From an uncultured delta proteobacterium (GTDB lineage Bacteria; Desulfobacterota; Binatia; Binatales; Binataceae): a DNA stretch of 64,000 nt. Each line of letters begins with the position of its first letter. The stretch's first letter is position 1. Below are positions 19,753-28,413 of this stretch, one piece after another. The notes under the pieces are model-generated. The model worked only from the letters and a program-made list of their open reading frames with translations. It ran no database searches and was not told the origin of the DNA. Where the stretch lies: positions 2,464,001-2,528,000 of the forward strand of contig CAWEEQ010000004.1 of NCBI GenBank assembly GCA_963808235.1, written 5' to 3'. The position numbers were made by a program, and so were the translations under genes.

Positions 19753-19905
19753 TTAGCCCGCGCGCTTCTCGCCGTCCTCGTCGTCATGCCACGGCTCAGG
19801 CGCTGAAAGTACGTACATCAGGTAGAGCAACAGCACCATCCCGATCGGCACCGACAGCACGCGCACGATTCCCTGGTGCAAAAGCCATGAAAACACATCA
19901 CCCAT
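19753..19905 (-). CDS. Unannotated 50-aa single-TM microprotein
   Basis: Hand-translated: MGDVFSWLLHQGIVRVLSVPIGMVLLLYLMYVLSAPEPWHDDEDGEKRAG; lies between petB and subunit IV. Confidence 0.55.
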   Translation of the reverse strand: MGDVFSWLLHQGIVRVLSVPIGMVLLLYLMYVLSAPEPWHDDEDGEKRAG

Positions 19906-19934
19906 CTAAGCCCAATCTCTTTTGTGTCATTCCT

Positions 19935-20060
19935 ATTTTGTGTCATCCCGAGCGCAGCCGAGGGACCCCGGATCTTTCTCGCCGCAAAACACTTCAACTT
20001 CGCTTGGGGCCTGCGGAGCCGCACCGCTCGAAATCAATATCCAGTTACGCACAGCTCTCC
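19935..20060. repeat. Dispersed REP/MITE-like repeat, family A
   Basis: TGTCATCCCGAGCGCAGCCGAGGGACCCCGGATCTTTCTCG...GTTACGCACAGCTCTCC; homologous to 40597-40685 and 44058-44217. Confidence 0.85.
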
Positions 20061-20834
20061 CTAAAGCGGCCCCGACATTCCGTCGCGCCGAATTCTCCAA
20101 AAGTGCACCGCCATGAAGATAGTCGCGAGCAGCGGAAAGAAGATGCAGTGCAAAATGTAAAATCGCAGTAGCGTATGCGGTCCAATTTCCGCGCCGCCAA
20201 ATAAAAACGCGCGCGCGTCGTAAACCGGATTCACTCCGAGCACTTCATGGAACGGCCCGCCATGCCCGAGCAGCGGAATAGCGCGCGCCATGTTCGAGCC
20301 GACCGTAACCGCCCAAATTGAAAGTTGATCCCACGGCAATAAATATCCGGTGAACGACAGCAGCAGCGTCAGCACCAGCAGGATCACGCCCACTACCCAG
20401 TTGAATTCGCGCGGCGGTTTGTACGATCCGGTCATGAACACGCGGAACATATGCAGCCAGACCGCGATCACCATTCCGTGCGCGGCCCATCGATGCATAT
20501 TGCGCATCAGCATCCCGAACGGCATGTCGAATTCGAGATACTTCATGTCGGCGTACGCGTATTCCGCCGTCGGCCGATAGTAGAACATCAGGTACACGCC
20601 GGTGATCACGGTCACCAGAAAAAGCAGGAACGTGATTCCGCCCATGCACCAGGTGAAGCGAAGGCGCACCGTATGCTTCTGCACTTTTGACGGATGCAGA
20701 TGCAGCCACACGTTGCCGGATACCATCAGGATCCGGTTGCGCGGAGTGTCTTCGTAACCGTGCCTGAAAATCGATTGCCAGGCTTGCGAATCGGTTATCT
20801 GGCGTTTGGTTTCGTCCCAATCAAACTTAGCCAT
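20061..20834 (-). CDS. petB: Cytochrome b6-like N-terminal subunit of a Rieske/cytochrome b complex
   Basis: RNMHRWAAH..LHMFRV, FTGYLLPWDQ, ILHC...VHFWRIRRDG; WCMGG carries the heme ci cysteine. Confidence 0.95.
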   Translation of the reverse strand: MAKFDWDETKRQITDSQAWQSIFRHGYEDTPRNRILMVSGNVWLHLHPSKVQKHTVRLRFTWCMGGITFLLFLVTVITGVYLMFYYRPTAEYAYADMKYLEFDMPFGMLMRNMHRWAAHGMVIAVWLHMFRVFMTGSYKPPREFNWVVGVILLVLTLLLSFTGYLLPWDQLSIWAVTVGSNMARAIPLLGHGGPFHEVLGVNPVYDARAFLFGGAEIGPHTLLRFYILHCIFFPLLATIFMAVHFWRIRRDGMSGPL

Positions 20835-21044
20835 CCGCTAGCGAGCTCCATGAAGACGCTCCACGAACGAGCGACCTCTCCAATCTCACTGATTACTCTA
20901 AACAATTCCAAATTGTACAGCGTCGACCCGCGCCCGCCGGTTCAAAATCCGGCGTAAGGCTACCTAATTTTGCCCCCGCTCTGCAACAAAGAAGGCTCAT
21001 TGATGCGCGATTTCCAATTTGCGTCTGTGGATTCCCGCAGCCGC

Positions 21045-21087
21045 ATAAAATAAACGCCCCGCCCGGCCACGATGGCCGGACAGGGCG
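21045..21087 (-). terminator. Probable terminator of the NHL-repeat gene
   Basis: GC-rich hairpin at 21055-21087 with an adjacent A/T tract. Confidence 0.6.
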
Positions 21088-21160
21088 CTCTTAAACTGCA
21101 CCGCAAGATCGATCATGAAGATCGATCATGCGGTGAAATCCGATCCCGTCCTATCGCGCC

Positions 21161-24100
21161 CTAAGGCCCGGTCCCCGTCAGCGCGACATTATGCGGACTG
21201 GTCGGATCGCTCCCGATACTCACCGGGATACTCGCACTCTCCGCCGTTGCGTGGAGCGAGGGCGTGAACGTAATCAAGATCGTGCAAATCGAGTTGGGCG
21301 ACACCGTGCCACCGCAAGTTCCGCCCGCCACCACCGCGAAGTCGCCCGCGTTCGCGCCGGTGACGCTCCCCTCGCTCACCGACAGCGAAAATGCCGACAG
21401 GTTGGTGACCGTGATGGGCTTGGTCTTCGGCGATGTCCTGGCCGTCAGGATGCCGAATGCCAGTGTGACCGGCTTGACCGTCGCCGGGATGTTCTCAGCG
21501 CTGGTGAATGAAACCGTGTACGGCCCGAGCGTATCGGGGCTGTCGATAACCTTCATCGTCGCCGATTCGGTGCCCAGCGCAGTCGGTGCGTAGGTGACAA
21601 TCAATGTGCATGACAGTTTGGCCCCCAGCGTCGATGCCGGCGTCAGCGCCAGGCAAGTGCCGCCCGTCACGCTGAAATCGCTGGCGTTGGTCCCGCTGAA
21701 GCCCGGCGGCAAGGTCAGCGTAACCGGGTTGGTCTGATTGTTGTGCACCGTGATCGTCGTGGTCCGCTTCGAGCCAATCTTCGTGCTGAGGAATTGGAAG
21801 CTCGCCGGCAAGACCGTCATGTCAACCGTGCCGGTGCCGCTGAGCGCGACATGCTGCGGGCTGCTCGATGCGTTGTCGTTGACCGACAGCGTCGCGCCAT
21901 GCAACCCGACCAACGTCGGCGTAAACGCGATCGCGATCGCGCAGGTGCCCAGATGCGCCAATCCGCCGCCCGGGCAACTGTTTGCCGTGACCGCATATTC
22001 AGGATCGCTCGAGCTCACGTTGCCGACGAACAGTAAGTGCGTACCGGTGTTCTCGACCTTGATGTTCTTGGTGACCGTGTCGCCAACCGGAACGTTGCCG
22101 AAAGCGAGCGAAGCCGTCACCGTTAGCGTGGTCGTCGGCGTCGGCGTTGCCGTCGGCGTGGCGGTGGCAGTCGCGCTTGCAGTTGCTGTCGCCGTGGCCG
22201 TGGCGGTAGCGGTATTCGTCCCTGATGCCGTTGGCGTCGCCGTATGGGTCGCAGTCGCCGTGGCGGTTGCGGTGGATGTGGCAGTAGGCGTGGGTGATGA
22301 TGTCACGCCGACTGCTGGCTTGTCGTACTCGAGCACCCGGTTGTTGGTCGCGTCGGCGACGTATACGTTGCCGCTGGCGTCCACCCCAATCCCTTCGGGG
22401 GTGCACAGGTCGCTGGCGGTGGGATTGCCTGAGATGCTGTCGGAATTACAGGCGCGCGACGTGAAATCGCCGCCCTGCCCGAACACCAGATCGGCGGTGG
22501 TGTCGCCCGCGGACCCAGGCGTCCCCGGGTTGCCGCCGCCGGCCGCCAGTGGAGATTCGTATTTGAGCACCCGATTGTTGTTGAAGTCGCCGACGTAGAG
22601 GTTGTTGCTGCCGTCCAGCGCGACACCCGCAGGCAAACAGAGGCTGTCCGCAGTCACTTCGGGGGAGTCGCAGTTAGCTGGAAGTGAAAGCGCCGCCCTG
22701 TCCGAACACCAAATCGGCGGTCGTGTCGCCGCTCCCGGCGGTCGCGGTTACGGTCAGCGGAGCGTTGTATTCGAGCACGCGGTTGTTCGATTGGTCGGCG
22801 ACGTAGAGGTTGCTGTTGGCGTCCAGCGCCACACCCACCGGGAAACAGAGGCTGTTCGCAGTCACTCCGCCGTGGTCGCAGTCGCTGCTAGCGAAATTGC
22901 CGCCCTGCCCGAACACGTGATCGGCGGTCGTGTCGCCCGCGGAACCAGGCGTCCCGGGGGTGCCGGGGCCGGGCGCCAGCGGATTGTTGTATTCGAGTAC
23001 GCGGTTGTTATTTTGGTCGGCAACATACAGGTTGCGGCCGGCGTCCGTCGCGACCCCAAACGGGACGCACAGGTCGTCGGCGGTGGAATTGCCGAAGGTA
23101 TCGGAATTGCACTCGTTGGAAGTGAAATCGCCGCGCTGACCGAAGACCCGATTGGCCGGATGCCCTACGCACGGGAATGTGCCTCCGCACCCGGCGAATG
23201 GGGTGTTATATTCGAGCACTCGAGCGTTACCTGTGTCGGCGACATAGAGGTTGCCGCCGGCGTCTACCGCAACCCCATTGGAGGTGCACAGGCTGCTCGA
23301 GCTAATTCCGCCGTTGTCGCAGGCGCTTGAGAGAAAGTCGGGCTGGCCTATCACCAGATCGGCCGGACCGCCGTTCACGAATGTGGTTACATCCTTGTAA
23401 CCCAGCACGCGGCTGTTCGACTCGTCAGACACGTAGAGCCGGTTCGGCGTCACGCTCGTGTCAATCGCTACGGACTCGGGAGCGGAAAAGCCCTTGGCAT
23501 CGATCAAGTTCTCGGCATTGTGCAAAAAGTCGAGCTGCCCCAGCACAATATCGGCAGTAGTGGTAACCGGAGTGTTGTATTCGAGCACGCGATTGTTGCT
23601 CTGGTCGGCGATATAGAGGTTTCCACTCGCGTCCACCGCAACCCCCAACGGTAAGAAGAGGCTGTCCGCGCTCACCCCGCCGTTGTTGGATGCGCTCGAT
23701 GTGAAACTGCCGCCCTGCCCGAACACCACATCGGCGGTGGTGTCGCCGGCGGAACCGGGCGTGCCTGGGGTGCCGCCTCCCGCTGCCAGCGGATTGGCGT
23801 ATTTCAGCACGCGGTGGTTGGTTCCGTCGGCCACGTAGAGGTTGCCGCCAGAGTCCAGCGCAACCCCAAAGGGAAAGCCCATGCTGTCCGCACTCAGTCC
23901 GCCGTTGTTGAAATTGTTGGAAGTAAAGCTGCCGCCCTGCCCGAATACCCGATCGGCGATGGTGTCGCCGCTCCCCGCAGTCGCGGTTTCGGTCAGCGGA
24001 GTGTTGTATTCGAGCACGCGATTGTTGTCGAAGTCGGCGATATAAACGTTGCCACTGGCATCCACCGCAGCCCCCTCGGGGAAGCACAGGCTGCTCGCAC

Positions 24101-24902
24101 TCAACCCGCAATCCTGGGATGTGAAGCTGCCGCCTTGCCCGAACACGTGATCAGCGGTGGTGTCGCCCGCGGAACCAGGCGTCCCGGGAGTGCCCGGCCC
24201 AGGTGCCAGCGGATTGTCGTATTCAACTACACGGTTGTTGCCTTGGTCGGCGACATAGAGGTTGCCGCTCGCGTCGGTCGTAACTCCGTGCAGGGAGCAC
24301 AAGTCGTCGGCGGTGGGATTGGCGTTGGTGTCGGAATCGCATCCGGCCGATGTGAAATCGCCGCCCTGCCCGAAGACCCGATTGGCCGCACCCCCAACGC
24401 ACGGGAATGTGCCTCCGCATCCGGCGAACGGAGTGTTGTATTCGAGCACCCGGTCATTGCCCTGGTCGCCGATGTAGAGGTTGCCGCTTGGGTCCACGGC
24501 CACGCCAGCGGGTTCGCACAGGCTGCTCGCGCTGGTTTCGCCGTTGTCGCAGATGCCTGAGATAAAGTCGGGCTGACCTATCACCAGGTCCGCCGCCTTG
24601 CCGTTCACGAATGCGGTTACACTCTTGTAGCCCAGCACGCGGCTGTTATTGAAGTCGGCGACGTAGAGCCGGTTTGGGGTCACGCTCGTGTCGATCGCCA
24701 CCGCGCCAGGAGCGGAAAGTCCCTTGGCGTCGATCAAGTTCGGGGCATTGTGCAAAAAGTCGAACTGCCCCAGTACGCGATCCGCAATCGTATCGCCCTG
24801 CATCGCGACCGAAGGGATCGCCAAAGCGGCGGCAGCGATCACCAAGCTCGGCGCTACGAATTTCCAAAACCCGGATTTGAACACCTCGATTCCCCTCCCC
24901 AA
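21161..24902 (-). pseudogene. Large secreted NHL-repeat protein with Thr/Ala linker and three Ig-like (ASH/choice-of-anchor D) domains; +1 frameshift near 22676
   Basis: Twelve NLYVAD-type repeats; removing A22676 restores ...FTSSNCDSPEVTADSLC... and gives about 1246 aa. Confidence 0.8.
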
Positions 24903-25143
24903 TTCGCGCCGCCTCTCTGTGAATCCGACGAGGTTGCGGTTGCTGTGAAAACACGACTAGGCCGGACTAGTCGTACAGTGTCGAAGCGTCAACAAGTACT
25001 TATTTACTTACCGCAAGTCAATATTTCCGTCTGAAAAGGGGAAAACTTAACTTAAAGTAGTACAACCTTTCCCAAAAACATCTTGAGACGATGCGCGCGC
25101 AATCGAGAACGACGAGACTCGTCACAGGCGCCTTTTTCGCGGT

Positions 25144-25159
25144 TGGCACCTGCTTTGCT
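25144..25159 (+). promoter_or_regulatory. Sigma54 (-24/-12) promoter
   Basis: TGGCACCTGCTTTGCT (GG-N10-GC) about 60 bp upstream of the gene at 25219. Confidence 0.75.
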
Positions 25160-25218
25160 CCTCTTTACTTGTGGACGGTGGTTCCGTCCTTGAATGCTGT
25201 GAAAATGGAGAAAATCGT

Positions 25219-25737
25219 GTGAAACGTGGAACTATTTTTACGATGATCTCAGCCGCCGTCCTGATAGCTGGAACGATCACCCCTGCTTTCGCTCAGTATT
25301 ATCCTCCCGGTTATGCCCATGGCGATCGCGACTGGAACAACGCCGATGCGAGCGGGGCAGCCCGGCGATGGGAAGGGTTCCTCGATTCGGAATCGAACCG
25401 GGATTTTGCCCGCATTTTCCGAGGAAATCCCAATATCATTCGCGATCCGAACTACATGGAACAGTGGTCCGGAGCTCGCGACCTGCTCCGCAACGACCCC
25501 GAGGTTCGCGATTACGTGCATCAGACCGTCCACGACTATTCGGATCTGCGACCCAATGAGAAGTGGCTTCTCCTGCTCGAGGAAAATCCTGACTTCGCGG
25601 AGCGTTACCATCAGAACCCGAGCATCATAAACGACTCGAACCTGGCTGGTAGCGAACCCGAAATCGGCGAATTTCTGCGAACCAATCCGGAGGTCCGACC
25701 CTATCTGGATAGCTACGCCCGACGCGATCGTTACTAG
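25219..25737 (+). CDS. Secreted hypothetical protein with a duplicated helical repeat
   Basis: Signal peptide (PAFA-Q); two copies of a DFA..F/Y..NP.II.D...L..PEVR.Y unit. Confidence 0.75.
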   Translation: MKRGTIFTMISAAVLIAGTITPAFAQYYPPGYAHGDRDWNNADASGAARRWEGFLDSESNRDFARIFRGNPNIIRDPNYMEQWSGARDLLRNDPEVRDYVHQTVHDYSDLRPNEKWLLLLEENPDFAERYHQNPSIINDSNLAGSEPEIGEFLRTNPEVRPYLDSYARRDRY

Positions 25738-25812
25738 TTCGCGCGTCTCGAGCGCGGAGCGCAAAAGGAGGCCGGCTGCGATGCCGGTCCTCTCAAAAAA
25801 TTTACCAAAACA

Positions 25813-26208
25813 CTACGACGATTGAGGTTTGCCACCCCGGCGCGGACTTCGACTGAAGAACGAAACCACCAGCCCCCACATCACCATCACCAGAGCGATT
25901 CCGATCACGCCGAGTCCCACTCCGGCCAGGATTCCCGTGGCGCACAGGATCGCGCCGATCACGAACAGCGGAATAGCAAACGCGATCGGATTGAACGGAT
26001 CGTTCCGCGCCGCCCGCTCGACCATCGCTGCCGCCTGCTCGGCCGTGCCCGCATCCTCGTTGCTTTCCTTGAGCAGGCTCACCGCATAGTCGGTGAGCTC
26101 CTGGCGATTGGGCATCGCGCGCAAACGGTCGGCCAGCTCCTTGGCGAGCTGCTCGACGCGTTCGTCGTTGGCCTGCGATTCGCTATCTGGTTTGTTCGAT
26201 TCAGCCAC
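25813..26208 (-). CDS. Hypothetical membrane protein
   Basis: Helical N-terminus and two C-terminal TM helices. Confidence 0.72.
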   Translation of the reverse strand: MAESNKPDSESQANDERVEQLAKELADRLRAMPNRQELTDYAVSLLKESNEDAGTAEQAAAMVERAARNDPFNPIAFAIPLFVIGAILCATGILAGVGLGVIGIALVMVMWGLVVSFFSRSPRRGGKPQSS

Positions 26209-26236
26209 GGCCTTAGCTTGTCTCAAGACGAGATCG

Positions 26237-26254
26237 GGATGTCAACGCGACCTC
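26237..26254. repeat. 18-bp direct repeat, left boundary of the RHS cassette
   Basis: GGATGTCAACGCGACCTC, identical to 28384-28401. Confidence 0.9.
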
Positions 26255-26348
26255 CCGCTGGCGGATGAAGCTGCGCAGTGGCGACGCCTAGCGGCGGCGG
26301 TTGGCAAGTTTTGCAGGGGGAACAGGCCAGAGTGCGAAATCCGCAGGG

Positions 26349-26708
26349 CTAAGGGTTATAGTCTTCGAACTCCCAATGTCCAAGTCGTCCGAGTTTTTCA
26401 GCGATCTCGGGCCATGTATCGCCCTCGCATTTGGCCGCAAAGTCTTCGAGAAATCGCTTAATCCTTCGGAAATCGTACTTCAACACGATCAGGAAATGCC
26501 TTCCTATGAGAATACCACTTCCCCGTTGCGCTAAGTCTTCCAACCAGGCCGCTGTGCACACGGTAAGATCGAATAAGTCCTCGCCGGCCTGTCCTTCGGC
26601 GCCGAAGTGGGCTGTGACACCAATTCCGAAGCACTCAGAAATACTTGGAACAAAAGACTCTAAATCGGGAACTAAGGTACTATCTAGTTTCCTGAGGACA
26701 GCTTTCAC
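26349..26708 (-). CDS. Imm8 family immunity protein
   Basis: GEDLFDLTVCT..WL...GRHFLIV..YD...GDTWPEIAEKLGRLGHWEFEDY. Confidence 0.85.
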   Translation of the reverse strand: MKAVLRKLDSTLVPDLESFVPSISECFGIGVTAHFGAEGQAGEDLFDLTVCTAAWLEDLAQRGSGILIGRHFLIVLKYDFRRIKRFLEDFAAKCEGDTWPEIAEKLGRLGHWEFEDYNP

Positions 26709-27000
26709 CGGAATTCGTCCGTTAAATTTCACGGGAGGAAAATAGACATCGAGATGACCATTATTACTGTACCTTCCGTTTGGTCTCGGTCCGCTCTCAA
26801 AGTTAGCTTGATATCTGCTACTACCTGCCTTCCACGTGGGCAAGCGGAACTGACGATTCGGCAAGCCTGTAAGGGGATCTTTATCATGACCAAGTAGCAC
26901 ATATCCCGTCTGCGAAACGCTAAATCCTGGCGTTTGCTTCTTGCTGGGGCGGGGATACTTCTGACCAGTTTACCAAGCGTGCATCGCTTTCCCTAGTTTT
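26709..27000 (-). pseudogene. Degenerate polymorphic toxin C-terminal remnant (Ntox7-like), in frame with Imm8
   Basis: LGKAMHAW*...GFSVSQTG...RQFRLPTWK...YQANFE...NNGHLDV; internal stop and no delivery domain. Confidence 0.6.
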
Positions 27001-27019
27001 TTAGGCCTTTGATCAGCCG

Positions 27020-27520
27020 CTAGAACGCGATCGCGAATCGAGCACAAGGAATGTTGTGTAGTTCTGCGTAAAGGTCGAGGAGGCGATCAACCAGAAACTC
27101 AAGCGATATATCCTCCTCGCGGCGCGGAACATCGTACCCCTCGGACCACGTTTCTGTGTACAGCGAGAGCCCTCTGAAGTCCATCAGTCGCGCGGACTTA
27201 AGGAAGGTTTCAACCCTCTTAAGCCTTTCTCGTATCACGCGCTCCATATCTAATGGCATTACGTTAAGTGGTCCGAGGAGCTCGTCTGAGGTGTTAGAAA
27301 GCGGCGATTCAGTCAGTAGAAATGCGACGCTCTCACTTGAGAGGCCACCATCGGAACGTTTTAGGATTGCAAACACGTCTCTCTGAACGATATTAAAAGC
27401 CAATTGGACATGAATGCGCGCACGAAGCGCGGCCGCCGCAAGGCTGAAGGCCAGATTTTCCTGTTCAGGTGTCGATAACACTGCTCGAAAATAGAACTCA
27501 CCGAACAAATAGTCACTCAT
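27020..27520 (-). CDS. Putative immunity protein cognate to the RHS C-terminal toxin
   Basis: ATGA overlap with the RHS stop codon; AT-richer composition; typical size. Confidence 0.7.
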   Translation of the reverse strand: MSDYLFGEFYFRAVLSTPEQENLAFSLAAAALRARIHVQLAFNIVQRDVFAILKRSDGGLSSESVAFLLTESPLSNTSDELLGPLNVMPLDMERVIRERLKRVETFLKSARLMDFRGLSLYTETWSEGYDVPRREEDISLEFLVDRLLDLYAELHNIPCARFAIAF

Positions 27521-28392
27521 GGTTGTCCTTTACAAGGAGGGTTGGGATCGTAGCCTTCCTTTAAGGGCGAGACCGACTCCGGTATCATAGGCATCCCGTT
27601 CGGGAAGAATCCTAAGGTGTGCTCGTGGGGGCCGTTGATACCGTGACCCGGTTCGAAATCCTGTCGACAGAACGGATGACCATTTTCGTCATAGAACGTC
27701 CGCGACTTGAGAAAATCAAAAGGGTCTGTTTGTTCATATATCGAGTGGGGCCGAGCAGTCAAAGGTGCTCGGCTTGGTCCCTTGACCACTGTGGTCTCAA
27801 CTGGTGGACCTCCCTTGTAGGGCAGCGTATAGTCGAGTCCTGAATCGGGAGGGATTTCATCGGCATCATCCTCCTCGTCTACCTCGGTCTGTACACGAAC
27901 AAACGATCTGTCGACTCCCTCATCGTCCTTGCCCTCGCCGGTATTCGGCGGGTGCCGTTCCTGTCGCGGTATCGTTGGCTGCCCACTGCCGCTGAATATG
28001 CCGAATGGGTCGAGAAAATATTGAATCGAAAAGCTTCCTCCCGCTGCCGCCCCGATTAGAACGACCGTGAGATCGACGATACACTCGGGACAGTTGCCCG
28101 TCGGATCGCTTCCATTTATAGGGTCATTACCAGCATAGTTGAAAAGGTTGGCGTCACCGCCGGCAAACCCAGCTGGATCCTCGGACAGGAACCGCTGCAG
28201 GGTCGGGCTGTAATACCGGGCCATCGTGTGATATAGGCCCGACGAATCCTTCTCCATGCCCGCATAGAGAAACGGGAACGAGCTCGCCTGTCCCGTCTGC
28301 GTGGTATTCCCGTAGGGATCGTATGTGTATTGTGTCGACATTGCGCCCGTCGAATCGACCAACGCAAGTGTTGATCCGAGCCCGGATGTCAA
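27517..28392 (-). CDS. 5'-truncated RHS repeat-associated core with C-terminal toxin (Ntox24-like, His-rich)
   Basis: LGST, YTYDPYG, ARYYSPTLQRFLSEDP, DPTG cleavage motif; CT SRTFYDENG..RQDF..GH...PHEH. Confidence 0.85.
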   Translation of the reverse strand: MTSGLGSTLALVDSTGAMSTQYTYDPYGNTTQTGQASSFPFLYAGMEKDSSGLYHTMARYYSPTLQRFLSEDPAGFAGGDANLFNYAGNDPINGSDPTGNCPECIVDLTVVLIGAAAGGSFSIQYFLDPFGIFSGSGQPTIPRQERHPPNTGEGKDDEGVDRSFVRVQTEVDEEDDADEIPPDSGLDYTLPYKGGPPVETTVVKGPSRAPLTARPHSIYEQTDPFDFLKSRTFYDENGHPFCRQDFEPGHGINGPHEHTLGFFPNGMPMIPESVSPLKEGYDPNPPCKGQP

Positions 28393-28401
28393 CGCGACCT
28401 C
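28384..28401. repeat. 18-bp direct repeat, right boundary of the RHS cassette
   Basis: GGATGTCAACGCGACCTC, identical to 26237-26254. Confidence 0.9.
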
Positions 28402-28413
28402 TCCAGTTACAAG

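Noticed and set aside
22130-22310. Periodic GTCGCCGTGGCG-like repeats resembling an array
   Set aside because: They encode the Thr/Ala/Pro linker of the NHL protein; there are no unique spacers, so this is not CRISPR
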